Part shown: one piece after another, positions 1-13,249 of the stretch
Position numbering within the stretch: position 1 is the first letter of the stretch
How the letters are laid out: each line of letters starts with the position of its first letter
Assembly (NCBI GenBank): GCA_028534125.1
Contig: CM052817.1
Span: 4,218,001 to 4,282,000, forward strand
From: Lama glama
Lineage: Eukaryota
Reading direction: 5' to 3'
DNA: 64,000 nt
Position numbers and translations under genes: made by a program
Notes under the pieces: generated by a model
Told to the model about the DNA's origin: nothing
Database searches by the model: none
Seen by the model: the letters and a program-made list of their open reading frames with translations, nothing else

Positions 1-83
1 CTCCTTTCTGCCCAGTTCCTGCCATTTGGTCTGTGCCCCCCTTTCTCTGCTCACATCTAGCTATCTGCCTGCTCTAACAGTAT

Positions 84-505
84 TGGTGGTGGTGGTAAGA
101 GTGGTGGTGGTGTTTAGGGTGAGGGTGATGGTGTTAATGATAATGACGATAATGGTAGTGGTGGTGGTGAGAGTGATGGTGGTGGTGTGTTGCTGGTGGT
201 GAATGATGGTGATGGCGGTGGTGTTTAGGGTGATGGTGATGGCAGTAGTGATGGTGTTAATGGTGATGATGATGATGGTGGTGGGTTGGTGGGGAGGGTG
301 GTGAAACTGATGGTACTGGTGATGATGGTGGTGGTGGTGGTGAGGGTAACGGTGGCTGTGGTATTTAGGGTGGTAGTGATGGTGCTGGCAGGGAAGGTGG
401 TGAGGGTGGTGATGGGGATGGTGGTGAACACGATGTGGTAGTGGTTATGGTGGCGGGGGTGATGATGGTAGGGATAATGGTGGCTGTGGTACTGGTGGTG
501 GTGTA
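84..505. repeat. Degenerate (GGT/GAT)n trinucleotide low-complexity tract
   Basis: Direct inspection; source of the Thr-rich spurious ORFs. Confidence 0.9.
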
Positions 506-699
506 GTAAAACTTAAAATTACAGGTCCATACTAGGCACTCTTGTAAGCACTCTAGCTGTCTGAATCTACGATTGTAACCACCACTAGGCCCATTTGCCC
601 AGGGAGACACTGGAGGCACAGAGCCGCACAGTTAGTGCATGCTAAAGTTGGATTCAAACCCTCATGGGCTGGCTTCAGAGCCACATCAGGATTACCCAA

Positions 700-1720
700 G
701 TGTGATCACGAGACCTCCAGCATCACATCACCTGGGAGCTCTGTGGAAATGCAGACTCGCAGGCCCCAACGCAGGGGTTCAGCATCACTCAGGGAGGGGC
801 CAGCTAGGAAATATTCAAGGAACTTGTTCTCATGCACGGTAAAGTTTGAGAGGCGCTGCATTAAACTGTCTCCTAGTCTTGCTCGCAGTGGCTGAGTCAG
901 CTTGCAACCCAGGCTCGTGACTCTGGTCTTGATATTCAGAGTGTCCTGCATGCAGCACAGTGTCACTTTAAACAGGACCTGGGCCTCGTCCCCTGGGCAG
1001 ATGAAAGCATCTAATCCAAAGGTGGTAGTGGGGGGTGGGGGAAGGGAGAGGGGAGGAAGGGTGGGTTTTCTCACTCTTCATTGTGTGCTTGAATCCCCTG
1101 GGCATCTTGTTAAAATGCAGGTTCTGATTCAGTGGGCCTGGGGTGGTGCCTGTATCTCTTACAGGATCCCAGTGATGCTGGCACTGCTCGCCTGTGGACC
1201 CACTTTGAGTGGCAGAGCCCTAGGCAAGAGGTTGTCAGACTTGAACTAGCATCAGTGGCACCTGGAGGGCTAGCTAAACTCAACCCCAAGTTTCAGATTC
1301 AGCAGGTCTGGGATGGGCCTGAAATCTTACAATCTAGCTTCCTGGTGATACCAGTGCTCCTGGCCTGGAGGCCACACCTGGAGCAGGCAGGGCCCGAAGC
1401 CAGTGACTTCCGCTTAGGCTGCACATTAGAATCACCCGAGGACCTTAAAAAACCACTGAGGCCTGGACCTCACTCCGAGAGATTCGAAATCAGTGGGGCT
1501 GATTGGAGGCTGAGCATCGGGAATTCGCAGCCAAGAACCACCTCTCCAGAGTCATTTTTTCTACCCTAATTGCCGGGGGAGGTGAGAATATCATACCATT
1601 CTTGTGCCCATCCCAGGAGAGTCTGATTCAGTGGCTAAGTGGGGCCAGGCAGAGGCATGAACAATAAACTCTCCAGGTTTTTCCAGTGAGCCCTGGGGCT
1701 GAGAATGGCTGATCTGGACA
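700..1720. mobile_element. Cluster of several MER5-type (hAT-Charlie) MITE remnants
   Basis: Repeated motifs such as atcacctgggagct..gaaatgcagact, ttaaaatgcaggttctgattcagtgg, ggaccactttgag, ggctgcacattagaatcacc. Confidence 0.65.
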
Positions 1721-1863
1721 AAGAGGTCCTGCCTGGTTCCTTGAGGCTCCTGTGCTGCTGGCTGTGGGCCCTGGGGGCCACTTCGTGCTCTGAGCCTCTC
1801 CTTCCTGCCCTGGGTGAAGGGAAGCACCTTGCAGTCAGGGAGGCCTATGCAGTGTGGGTGGGT

Positions 1864-2010
1864 GGGGAGAGTGTAGCTTAGTGCTAGAGTGCAGGCTTAG
1901 CGTGCATGGGGTCCTGGGTTCAATCTCCATTACCTCCACTTAAAATAAATAAACCTAATTACCTACTTCCCCCCTCCAAAACAAACAAAAAAATCCAAAA
2001 AAAAAAAAGA
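1864..2010 (+). mobile_element. tRNA-derived SINE, camelid vic-1-like
   Basis: GGGGAGAGTGTAGCTTAGTGCTAGAG (A box)...GGTCCTGGGTTCAATCTCC (B box), then AAATAAATAAACCTAATTACCT..CCCC and an A-rich tail. Confidence 0.8.
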
Positions 2011-3029
2011 AAGAATAAGAGATCTACACAGAGACCCCACTTCTGCTGCTCCCTGCTGGGCTTTGTGACCTCCAGAAACTTAGTTAACCTCTCTTCACTT
2101 ATAAAACAGGGGAAATAAATTATTTGCTCCAAAGCATTGCATGAGACAATGTTCATAAGCAGCTTGCATAGTACCTGAACGCGGGAGCCGCCCTCAAGAT
2201 CAGTAGCTACGGACACGTGGGTATTACTGAGTGTCGCATGCGGCAGCTCTCTAGTGGGGTGGGGGGGTGGGGGCAGAAGAACCACGGGGGGCCTTTAGGA
2301 CCTGGGCCTCTGTGGTCTTCGTTAGCCTTCCAGAGCTTCTGATGCCCAGCAGTGTGAACACCACTGATACCATACTCTGGTGGCTGTTACTAGCTAGTAG
2401 TAAGGAGGGCACCCAGACTTCTGGCCTGGGGGACTGGTGGGGTCTTCCCCGGGGTGAGGAACATGGGAGAATCACAGCTGTGAAGGCAGGAGGTGGGGGG
2501 CCCAGTTCTGGGCTGCCTGGTGTGAGGTGTCTGTGGGCCAGTGTGGGGAGGTACAGATGGCAGTTGGGGACATGAGTCTGAAACGCATGAGACAGTCCTG
2601 GGCTGAATGACTACTGTCTCTCAGGAAAGGCTCTGGTTCTTCAGGACTTAGAGCTTCTTGCATTGTACTGTGACATTAACTGTTGGTCACACAAGTGAGA
2701 TCCATTTGCGGGATCTGGTGGGATGTGGTGTGCTGTGGACTGGTTCTGGGTCTCGCTTACTGTCTGCTTTGTCCCTCAGGCCGTGGCTCTCAACACTCCG
2801 ATCACTGCCTCCCCTGTGCATTGTCAACCCCTGTCCTCACCTTTTTTGCCCTCCCTTCCCCTGACAACCTCTCTGAGGCTGGCTGCCTCTCTGAGACTGT
2901 GGTTTCTGGTTTAATTTTTCTGGTCGGGCCTGGTCATGGCTGTACTTGGCAATCTCTGGGCATGGATGTGGCTCCTTTCAGCCCTGAGGGTTTTGTTTAG
3001 TTCACTTGCCTAATGGTTAAAAGTAAATC

Positions 3030-3885
3030 ATATATGCTCAACATCACTAATTGTTAGAGAAATGTAAATCAAAACTACAATGAGGTGTCACCTCATCCTG
3101 GTCAGAATGGTCATCATCAAAAAGTCTATAAATAATAAATGCTGGAGAGGGTGTGGAGAAAAGGGAGCCCTCCTACACTGTTGGTGGGAAAATAAATTGG
3201 TGCAGCCACTTGGGAAAACAGTATGGCGGTTCCTTAAAAAACTAAAAATAGAGTTATGGTATGATGCAGCAGTCCCACTCCTGGGCATATCTGGAAAAGA
3301 CGAAAACTCTAATTTGAAAAGATACCTGCACCCCAGTGTTCACAGCAGCACTGTTTACAATAGCCAAGACATGGGAGCAACCTAAATGTCCATCGACAGA
3401 TGACTGGATAAAGAAGATGTAACACACACACACACACACACACGATGGAATGCTACTCAGCCATAACCATTGCCATTTGCAACAACATGGATGGACCTAG
3501 AGATTATCATACTGAGTGAAGTAAGTCAGACAGAGAAAGACAAATATTAAAAGCTATCACTTATATGTGGAATCTAAAAAATAACACAAATTAATTTTTT
3601 TACAAAGCAGAAGCAGACTCACAGACAAAGAAAACAAACTTATGGTTACCAAAAAGGAAAGGGGAGGAGGAGGGATAAATTATGAGTTGGGGATTAATAG
3701 ATATTCACCCCTATATATAAAATAGATACACAACAGGGTCCTACTGTATAGCACAGGGAACTATGTTCAATATGTTACAATAACCTATAATGGAAATCTG
3801 AGAAAAATACATACAACTGAATCACTTTGCTGTACATCTGAAACTAACAAAGTATTGTAAATCAACTATACTTTAATTTAAAAAC
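3030..3885 (+). mobile_element. L1 3' end (ORF2 C-terminus plus 3' UTR), 5'-truncated
   Basis: Translation [20 protein letters not shown]...[12 protein letters not shown] is the L1 ORF2 Cys-rich domain; typical 3' UTR ends gtaaatcaactatactttaatttaaaaa. Confidence 0.9.
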
Positions 3886-3984
3886 GTACGTGTGTGTGCA
3901 CACACACACACACACACACGAGTTGCTAGGGCTGCTGCAAGGAGGTGCCACAAGATGAGTGGCTTAAAGCAGAAACTTATTCTC

Positions 3985-5420
3985 TAGTGGGTGTGAAGTG
4001 TCGTCTCACTGTGGTTCTGATTTGGTTTCCTTAATGCCCAGCGACGTCGAGCATCTTTTCATGTACCAATCGGCCGTTTGTGTATGTATATTGTCTTTGG
4101 AGAAATATCTGTCCAAATGTTTTGCCTATTTAAAAAGTGAGATCGTTTGTCTTTTCATTGTTGAGTTAAAAGAGTTCTTTATATATTCTGGATATAGGCC
4201 CCTTACTGGACATGTGACTGGCAGCTATTTTCTCCCATGGGTTTTATGTTCGTTTTGTTTATGCTGTCTGTATTAGTTTCCAGAGGCGAATGTAACGAAG
4301 AATTACAAACTGGATGGCTTGAAGCAACAGAAATTCACGCTCTACAGTTCTGGAGGCCAGAAGCCTGAAGTCAAGGCGTCGGCAGGGCCGTGTTCCCTCT
4401 GAAGGCTTGTCCTGCCTCTTCGGCTCTCTCGGCCCTGGGCATTCCCAGGCTTGGGGAGATACCACTCCTAATCTCCACCACTGTCTCCACATGGCCCTCT
4501 TCCCTGTGTGCCTCTGTGGTGTCCACTTCTCTTCTTATAAAGACATCAGATCTGGAATGACCTCATCTCGAGGTCCTTAACTAATTACGTCTGCAAATAC
4601 CCCATTTCCAAATAAGGTCACATTCTGAGGTGGACGTCAATTGTTGAAGGACAATATTCAAACCACTACAGTGTCCTTCAAATTTTAAAATTTTGGTCAG
4701 GTCCAGTTTATTCAATTTTTCTTTGTCATTTGTGCTTTGTGCTATCTTGTCTGAGAAACCATTGCCTGATCCCAGGTCACAGAGGTTTATTCCTTATATG
4801 TTTTCTTCTAAGAGTTTTATAGTTTTAGCTATTGCCTTTGGGGTTTTGATCCATTTTGAGTTAATGTTTGTGTCTGATGTGAAGTAAGTGTCCAGCTCCA
4901 TTCATTTGCTTGTGAATATCCAGTTGTCCCAGGATCATTAGTTGATAAAGACTATTCTTTCTTTCTCAGTTTGTCTTGGTACTCTTGTCAAAAATCAAAT
5001 GACCATAGATGTAAAGGTTTACTTCTGAATTCTTAATTCTATTCCATTTGTCTCTGTGTCTGTCCTTAAGCCAGTATCATGTTACCTTGATTGCTGCAGC
5101 TTTGTAATGAGTTTTGAAATCAGGAGGTGTGTGTCCTCAAACTTTGTTCCTTTTGTTTTCAGGGTTATTCATGTTGGAATGTGAATTTCAATATGAATTT
5201 TAGGATTAACTTCTTAAAGAAGTCAGCTGGGATTTTGATAAGAATTTTGTTCAATCAGTAGGTAAATTTGGTCTTAACCATATTAAGTTTTCTGATCCAT
5301 GAACATAGGATGCCTTGCCGTTTATTTGTAATCTTTCATTTCTTTCAACAATATTTTGTATTTTCAATCTTGTATTTCTTTTGCTAAATTTACTCCTGAG
5401 CATTTTATTGTTTTAGATCT
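3985..5420 (-). mobile_element. Older L1 ORF2 fragment, interrupted by an MLT1 LTR
   Basis: Antisense L1 motifs (gagcatcttttcatgt, tcttctaagagttttatagttttag, ttgtcaaaaatcaaatgacc). Confidence 0.8.
4269..4670 (-). mobile_element. MLT1 (ERVL-MaLR) solo LTR
   Basis: tgtattagtttcc...ggcttgaagcaacagaaatt...ttctggaggccagaag...ccaaataaggtcacattctgagg...caaaccactaca; near-TSD ctgtc/gtgtc. Confidence 0.8.
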
Positions 5421-6299
5421 TGTATATTTTAAAAAGTTGCCCTAAAAGCAAAATTCCTCACTGGAAGAGACTCCTCTGGTTTGAGAAATGATTCTGTTTT
5501 CCTCCTCTGAGTGATGTTTCTTCTGCGGATTTTCCTTCTAAGCCAAGCCCAGGAATTGAGGTCCAGCCCCAGGCATCAGGGGACTATTCCATAAAATCTT
5601 AGAAGATCAGGTTGGAAGGAATCTTAGTGACCCCCTGGACCCCTGCTTGGGATATAAATCGCCTGTCGAAGTCCTGAGTTGAACCAAGTAGTTTTTCATT
5701 ATCCCTCTGTACATGTGTCCATCCATCCATCTACTCTCCCACCCCTCTCACTGGACCACTGGGTACCCCATGTGGCACCATGTGCTGAGGGATAGGGAAA
5801 CTGAGATGACTTAGACCCAGTCCCTGCCCTCAAGAAGCTCACAGTCTGGTGTGCAAAATTTAGGGTTCACCAAGACAACACAGTGCCGGGATAGAAGGAA
5901 GCCCTGAGGGTTGTGGGAGCCCACAGAGGGCTCCTGACCTGGGGGTTGAGGAAGTCACCCAACCGCCACCCCACTTCCTCGTCCTTCTTTCCCTCCCCTG
6001 CCCTTGGTTGGAATCTTCCACCTTCTAAGAATCCTCTTTCTTCATACAGCCTCCTTCACCTGCCCTTAAATGGAAATACTTTCTTAACTTATCCTGTTCG
6101 TTAGGGCTGTGATGTCAGCGAGTGTCCTGATGTGGGGTTTTCCCCTGGGGAAATGGGACCACCCTATTTGTGACTGGCTTTACACACATGCACACGCACA
6201 CTCGCACACACACACACACTCTCACACACTCACCGGTATAACAGAACTCTTACTACAGCCTCCGTGGCTTGGACGTACCATGGTTTATTGAATGAGTCC

Positions 6300-7130
6300 C
6301 TTATCGTTCCCATCTTTCTGGATTATCCATCCCCTCGTCTGGTTGTTCCCTTAGGAAAGATTCTAGAAGTGAAGCTACTGAGTGAAAGCAATTCATATTG
6401 AAATTTTTCACAGAAATTGCCAAATGGCCTCTAGAAAAGTTGTGCCAGTTTATACCCACCACGAGTGACTGAGAATAGCAATTTCCCAGAACCTTGCCGA
6501 CGACGGATGTTGCAGATCTTCGCCAGTGTGACAGTGAGCATGCTCATCCCCAGTCTGTTCCTTTGATGACGGGGAGGCTGAGCATCTTGTCTGTGTGCTG
6601 GCTGTGTGCTTTTCTTCTTTGCAGGGTTGCGTCTTCATTGTTTGTACTAATTTTTCTGCTGGTGTGCTGCCCAACACAATTTTGATTTGTAAAGCCCCTT
6701 AGCTTGATGAGGATATTAACCTGAGTCCCTGGTGTGTTACAAATGTTTTCCCCAGTGGTGGTCTGTTGTTTTCGCTTTGTGACGCTTTTCCCCGCCAGAG
6801 GTTTAGCCCTGGTACCTTCTGTGGACGCTCAGACTTTTTGCCTCCTTTAGTATTTCTTTTTTAGATTTCTGTGGCGTTTTTTTGTTTGTTTCATTTTGAT
6901 TTGTAATCCACCTGAAAGTTGTTTTATGGTGAGGCTCGAGGTAGATACCCAGTTTTATTTGTTCCCTAATAGCTAGTCCTCTATCCCAGTACAATGGTAG
7001 TGGACAAGAGTGGACAAGCTGTTCTCTCTCCCCATTTATGTGAGTTAAATTCCTGTGCCCACGCTTGGATCTCCTCTGGGACTTTCTCTTCCATCTCATT
7101 GATCTGCTGAGCAGCCTGTTTTATCCCTAA
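6300..7130 (-). mobile_element. Highly degenerate ancient L1 fragment
   Basis: ttgccaaatggcctctagaaaagttgtgccagtttatacccacc and gctgagcatcttg-type antisense L1 motifs. Confidence 0.55.
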
Positions 7131-9505
7131 AGAGAGAGACACAAACTTCCAGCTTGACGTTTCCAAAGCGGATTTTCTTTCCTGAACTAACCAGACGGAC
7201 TTACATCTAACTACTTTCTGGAGGAGCCCCAGAGACCCTTCCACTCCAGCCCCTCTGGAATGTTCTCATCCGTTTTTTCTGCTTGATCATATTTCACCCG
7301 TGGCTCCCAAACTAAACCTTGATTGAATCTACAGACATTTGCTTGCTGCCTCCCCCGGTCAGGCCCTGTGTCGGGACAGCCAGATGAGTTCGGCAAGGGC
7401 TTCAAAAGCCACAGTTCCCAGTGCTTTTCTTCACTCACCACGAAGCTCCATGGACCTGTGTTGATTTGCAGTCTCTTGGAGATTCCTGCCTGGAAGCCGG
7501 TGGGCGGGCAGACACCACCACCCCAGCGCCATCCCTCTGCTGGACGGTTCCTGGCCTGCAAGTGCTTGGTGTTTGAGGTCGTGGGAAGCTGGAACGTGCG
7601 TGGGGAAAAGCCAGGGTGTCTGAGCACTCACTCTGTGCTGGGCGTTATCGGTCCGCAGGCCTGACAGCATCCCTGTGAAGTAGCCAGTTCTTAACATCCT
7701 CGCTTTCCAGGCTGAGGGATGGAGACAGTGGGAGCAGAATAGCCTGGCCAGGGTCCCTCACAGGGCAAGGGGCGGAGCCAGCCTCCGGCTGGGGCCCTGC
7801 CTCGTAGCATTGCCCTCTGTTACCCTAGCCCTGGATATGTGGCCCAGATAACTCTTTGGAAGTCGTAGAAGCTGAGTTAGCACTTTTTTCTTTCTGGGGA
7901 ATAAAATGCTCCGCAGGACAGCTGAGCCAGCCTAGTGCCGTGGATATAAATGGACACATCACGAGAAGGGCTGCCCTCACGCAGGCGCACGATGGGAGGC
8001 TCCGTGCCTGGTGCTTTCCAGAGAGGGGGACCTCACAGCACAGGGAAAGTGAAAACACAGACAGTTAGCTCCAATTTACACACGAGGAGGTGGAGGTTCG
8101 GAGAGGTTAGGTGACGTGTGCACGACAGGACAAGGGGATGGAGGGGGATGGTGGCTGAGCTGGATTTCTGGCCCGAGTTCCTGGCTCTTAGCTGCGGTGA
8201 TGGTTCATGCTTCTGGCTCATGAATAGGTCAGGACAGTGGTGGATTTTAGTCCAAAAAACAGGGCAAGTCTTAACGATGGAACGTAGGTGCTGAAGTTTC
8301 ATCTGAAAGTTTGAGAGTTTCTGCACATTGTGGCTTCTTGAATGTCACAAATTACCTTGTATAGAAATTGCTATTCAGAGAATTTTCAAATGAATCTCAC
8401 TTGGTTCTCAGGACAGCCCTGTGCAGTGGGCCAGATTCCCATCCCCAATCCCCTTCGGCAGATGAGAGTGACCCGCCTAGGGCATCTGACTTCCTTCCAC
8501 CCGTGGACCAATTACAGGAACTGCAAGGCTGTAGAGAATTGGCTAAAGGGTGCTGGTTCTCTGAGCTGACAAGTGACAAGAGGACCACCAGCTGTCATGG
8601 ACAGACCATGTGCCAGGCCAAACATCCGGGCATGGTGGGGCTGGGATGAACCCGAGTCTGAAACAGAACCACCCTCTGGCACATCCTGCAGCCTCCAGTG
8701 ATGTAGAGAAATCCTCCAGCCGATGCTGTCGGAAGTTTCCTGGGTGAAGACAGATGAAAGCCTGTCATTTGCATCAGATCTTCAGTTTGCATCTCAGCAG
8801 CAAAGGATGGGATGACCAGGGCGACTGGGGACTGCAGCTGAAAACGGAGAACAGATGGCATTGGATTAATTTTTGCAAAGTATAAGAAAGGGAATGCACA
8901 GCAATCTGTTAGCTGCCTTGGCATCTAACTTTAATTTTTTTTAAATCAGAATTATGTACTGAGTTCCCATATTTTAATAAATCTAAGATGACACCAGTGG
9001 AGAGATGCATCATTATTTTTGTGCCACAAGGAAAGGGAAGAAACAGTGCTGCCATCGAAGCCACAGCAGGGCTGGGCTGTGAGACACGTTCTGATTCAGA
9101 AATGTTAAAAAGTTAAAAAACGTGCACCTCCAGTTCAGTGCAATACGACAGTGTTCACGTATTCACATGCTGGTGGGCCATGTCTGAGGGCTGGCTTCGT
9201 GTTGGGTGCAACGCCGTGAAAAGATGTTCACAGTCCCTGCTCCTTACAGGCACACAGAATGGTCAGATATTTAAACATGCTAATGCATCGTTTCAGAATT
9301 ATTTGTTGGTTGATGAGTTCACTCAGTCACCAAATCTTTCTGGAGCACCAGCTTTGTGCCAGGCACTGTTCTAGGCACCGAGGACCCACAGTGAACAAAA
9401 CAACCCTCGGAGCTGACTCTGTGGCAGTAGTCATCCCTGCAGTAGTTCTCAGACATTACTGTGCAGGAAACACTACCCTCAAAGATCCTGATTGCCAGGA
9501 CTGCC

Positions 9506-9670
9506 TTTTCTTTTTCTTTTTCTTTTTCTTTTTTTCTTTTTCTTTTTCTTTTTCTTTCTTTTTTTTCTTTTTTCTTTTTTTCTTTTTCTTTTTCTCTTTT
9601 TCTTCTTTTTCTATTTCTTTTTCTTTCTTTTTCTTTTTCTTCTTTCTTTTTTTCTTTTTTCTTTTTTTTT
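9506..9670. repeat. (TTTTTC)n-type pyrimidine tract, probable expanded poly(A) tail of the adjacent minus-strand L1
   Basis: Direct inspection. Confidence 0.9.
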
Positions 9671-9726
9671 GCAGACCTTCAAGTTTTTTTTCACTCCAAA
9701 AACCAGAATTTTATAACTGGCATAAA

Positions 9727-10030
9727 CATTTCCATTGCATTAAAACCAACAAAATTCCTAGAAATAAACCTAACTGAAGAGGTTACCTATACTCTGGAAA
9801 CCGTAAAACACTGATGAAGGAAACTGAAGATGACACAAAGAAATGGAAAGACAGCTTGTGCTCTTGGATTGGAAGAATCAACATTATCAAAATGGCCATA
9901 CTACCCAAAGCAACCTACAGATCCAATGTAACCTCTGTCTCAGAATACCCATGACATCCTTCATAGATCTAGAACAAACAATTCCAAATTTATATGGAAC
10001 CATGAAAGACCCCAAATTGCCAAAGCAATC
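9727..10030 (+). mobile_element. L1 ORF2 internal fragment (inverted relative to flanking L1)
   Basis: aaatggaaagac..tcttggattggaagaatcaacattatcaaaatggccatactacccaaagcaacctacaga encodes the SWIGRINIIKMAILPKA motif. Confidence 0.88.
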
Positions 10031-12045
10031 TTTCGTAGGTCTTTTTTTCCCTCTTTCTTCTTTTTTGTTCTCTTTTCTTATGGTTTGATGACTAGAGAAG
10101 GTCTTTTAACGTTTGTTGTAAAGCTGGTTTGGTGGTGCTGACTTCTTTTAGCTTTTGTTTATCTGTGAAGCTTTTGATTTCTCCATCAAATCTGAATGAG
10201 AGCCTTGCTGGATAGAGTATTCTTGGTTGTAAGTTTTTCCCTTTCATTGCTTTAAATATATTGTGCCACTCCCTTCTGGCCTGTAGAGTTTCTGCTGAAA
10301 AAAATCAGCTGATAACCTTATGGGAATTCCTTTGTATGTTACTTGTTGCTTTTCTCTTGCTAATTTTAATATTTTCTCCTTATCCTTATTTTTTGTCAAT
10401 TTGATTACTATGTGCCTTGGTGTGTTCCTCTTTGGGTTGATCCTATATGGTACTCTCTGCACTTCCTGGACTTGGGTGACTGTTTCTTAAGTTAGGGAAG
10501 TTTTCGATTATTATGTCTCCAGAAATTTACTCAGGTCCCTTCTCTCTCTCTTCCCTTTCTGGGACCCCTATAATGTGAATATTAGTGCACTTCATGTTGT
10601 CCCAGAGTTCTCTTAAACTATCTTCATTTCTTTTCATTCTTTTTTCTTTTTTCTGTTCTACAGTAGTGATTTCCACTACTCTGCCTTCTAGCTCACTGAT
10701 CCATTTTTCTGCCTCATTTAGTCTATTCTTGGTTCCTTCTAGTGTGTTATTCATTTCAGTGATTTTATTCTTCAACTCTGGATATTCTTTATATTTTCCA
10801 ACTTTTTGCTAAAAACTTCACTCTGTGCATCTATACTCCTCTTGAGTTCTCTGAACACCTTCTCCATCATTACTTTAAACTCTTGGATAAATTGCCTGTC
10901 TCCTCATCACTTATTTCTTTTTCTGGGATTTTATCTTGTGCCTTGGCCTGGGAGATACTCCTCTGCCACTTCATATTGTCTGTCTTTGTATTTTTAGGTA
11001 GGTTAGTTACGTTTCTCAACCTTGGAAAGGTAGCCCTCTGTGGGAGATGTCCTTTGTGTCCCAGCAGTACACTCCTCTGTTGTCACCCAAGGGTCAGGAT
11101 CCAGCCAGTTCCAGTGTAGAGTCTGGCCTGTGTTTGTGGATTCCTTCCACAGTCTTTGGGATTAATGTTTTCTTATTTCTAGTATCTGTTCCCCGGTAGA
11201 TGAGGCTGAACTAGAGGCTTATGCAGGTTTCCTGGCAGGAGGAGCCGGTGCCTGCCCACTACTGGGTGAAGCTTGGCCCTAGACCTCTGGTGGGTAAGAC
11301 CGTGTCTAGAGGAGTCGGTGACTCAGGAAGTCTGCTGATAGGTGGGGCTGTGTTCCCACCCACTATGTTATTTGGCCTGAGGCTTCCCAGCTCTTAAGCC
11401 TGCGGGCTGTTGGGTGGGGCCAAGTCTTGGTGCTAATGATCCAATCAAGATGTCAGCCTCCAGGAAAGCTCACGTAGATGAGCACTCCCAGAATGTCCCC
11501 CACCAACTTTTATGTCCTTGGGTGAGCCTCAGCCATCCCCTACCTCTCCAGGAGACCCTCAAAAACCAGCAGGCAGATCTGGCCCAGGTTCCTATGAAAT
11601 CACTGCCTCTGCCTTTGGACATGGTGCACTTGAGATTCTGTGTATGCTTCCCAAGACAATGAAGTCTCTGTTTCCCCCTGTCCCGTGGGGCTCCTGGAGT
11701 TAAGCCCCACTGGCCTTCAAAACCAAATGTCCTAGGATCTCTTCCTCCTCCCAGTGCCAGAACCCCGGGCTGTAGAGCCTGACGTGGGGCTTAGAGCTCT
11801 CTCTCCTGTGGGAGGGCCTCTGCGACTTAATTATTCTTCAGCTTGTGGGTCACCCACCGAGAGGAGTATGGGGCCCAGTTATATCATGAGCACGCCCCTC
11901 CTACCGTCCTGCTGTGGTTTCCTCTTTATGTTTCCAGTTGAAGAAGATCTTTTTGGCTAGGTTTCAGTCTTTTTTTTTCTGATGGTTGTTTAGCAGTCAG
12001 TTGTGATTTTGTTGTAGTCGAGAGGAAAGGTGAGCTCGTCGTCCC
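10031..12045 (-). mobile_element. L1 5' UTR plus ORF1 (decayed)
   Basis: Minus-strand translations QRVPYRINPKRNTPRHIVIKL and KRNEDSLRELWDNMKCTNIHIIGVPE are L1 ORF1p; 5' UTR-like sequence runs to ~12045. Confidence 0.9.
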
Positions 12046-13249
12046 AGACACTGCCTTTCATGAGGTCTGGGTGGGACTCAGGAATCTGCATTTTCACACT
12101 CACCCTGGAAGATCCGGGGCAGGAAATGTGAGAAAGAGAACTTCAGTGTTAACAGCTTCATAGCATCCCATTGTACAAATGCTTCATAGCGTCCCCTTGT
12201 AAATAACACATCCTTGAATATCCCCGCAGCGAAATACTTGAGTCTCGTGTGCCTTCTTGAGGGCAAGTCGGGCAGTGGTACTTGGGCTGACTTTTTAAAG
12301 TGTGATTCTGCTGTAGTTTTCCCAGCCACTGTTCGCAGCCCTGGTTGGCTGCCTGGGTTCCTTTCCCACTTGTAAGGATTAAACGTGGGCGCTTTGAGCA
12401 GGGCTGATAAGCAGTAAGGCTGTGTTATGTGCATCTAGCTGTGGTGGTGGTGGTTGCGATACTGCATTACCAGTGTTGGGGAGGTCCTGTTTTCTCCGCA
12501 CGGTGCCTGGGCGTGGCAGTGACTCTGGTTGGAAGCTCTGGATAAAGCAGCCAAGCATATACGATTTGATGCTGGAGACTCACTTTGTTGTCCCAGATCC
12601 AATTTCAACCCATCTCCCATTTTGTCAGTATTTTCCACCACAGTTATCTGGGTGTGACTCTCGGCTCACATCCCCTCCCTGGCTTCCCGCACTGCCTGAG
12701 GATGAACTGTAAATTCCTTACACCCTGGACAAGGCAGGAAGGCCCTTGAGAACTTGGCCCCAGCCCCATCAAACACCCTAACCCTGCCCTGCCCTGCCCC
12801 GTGAGCTCTGTGCTGCTCTGTGGAGAGAAGACCGCCTGTGGGAGATAATGGTTGAACTGGGCCGTCATTCCTTGGCCCTTGCAGTATATATTGGAGTTTT
12901 CCAGGTGGAGAAGAAAGGAAGGCCTACCTGACTGATGAACTGGTGCATGCACAGGTGTAGCTGTATGTTTGGGGTGATACCAGTAGCTCATTATGGCCCA
13001 GTGTGGGGTGTTGGGATGGGGCTGGATAATCAGTAAGCTGAAAAGGTGGTGGCTGTGGGCTGGGTTGGAAGGGGCTCCTCTTGCCAGTCTGCAGAGTCAG
13101 GCTGTGCTTCCTGCCTGCAGTGGACCGAGCACTGCAGGGCTCTTGAAAGTCATGCTAAGTCTCCCCGTGTGCCTTTTCAGTTGCGCCTTTTTTTCTAGGC
13201 TGCGACCCACCTCCCCATTCGTTTTCTATTTCTTTCTTTCTTTTTTTTA

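Noticed and set aside
225..619. Thr/Pro-rich mucin-like ORFs
   Set aside because: Translation of the GGT/GAT simple repeat.
1864..1940. tRNA gene
   Set aside because: Degenerate cloverleaf followed by a SINE body and A-tail.
9259..9814. Phe/Ser-rich ORFs
   Set aside because: Translation of the (TTTTTC)n tract.
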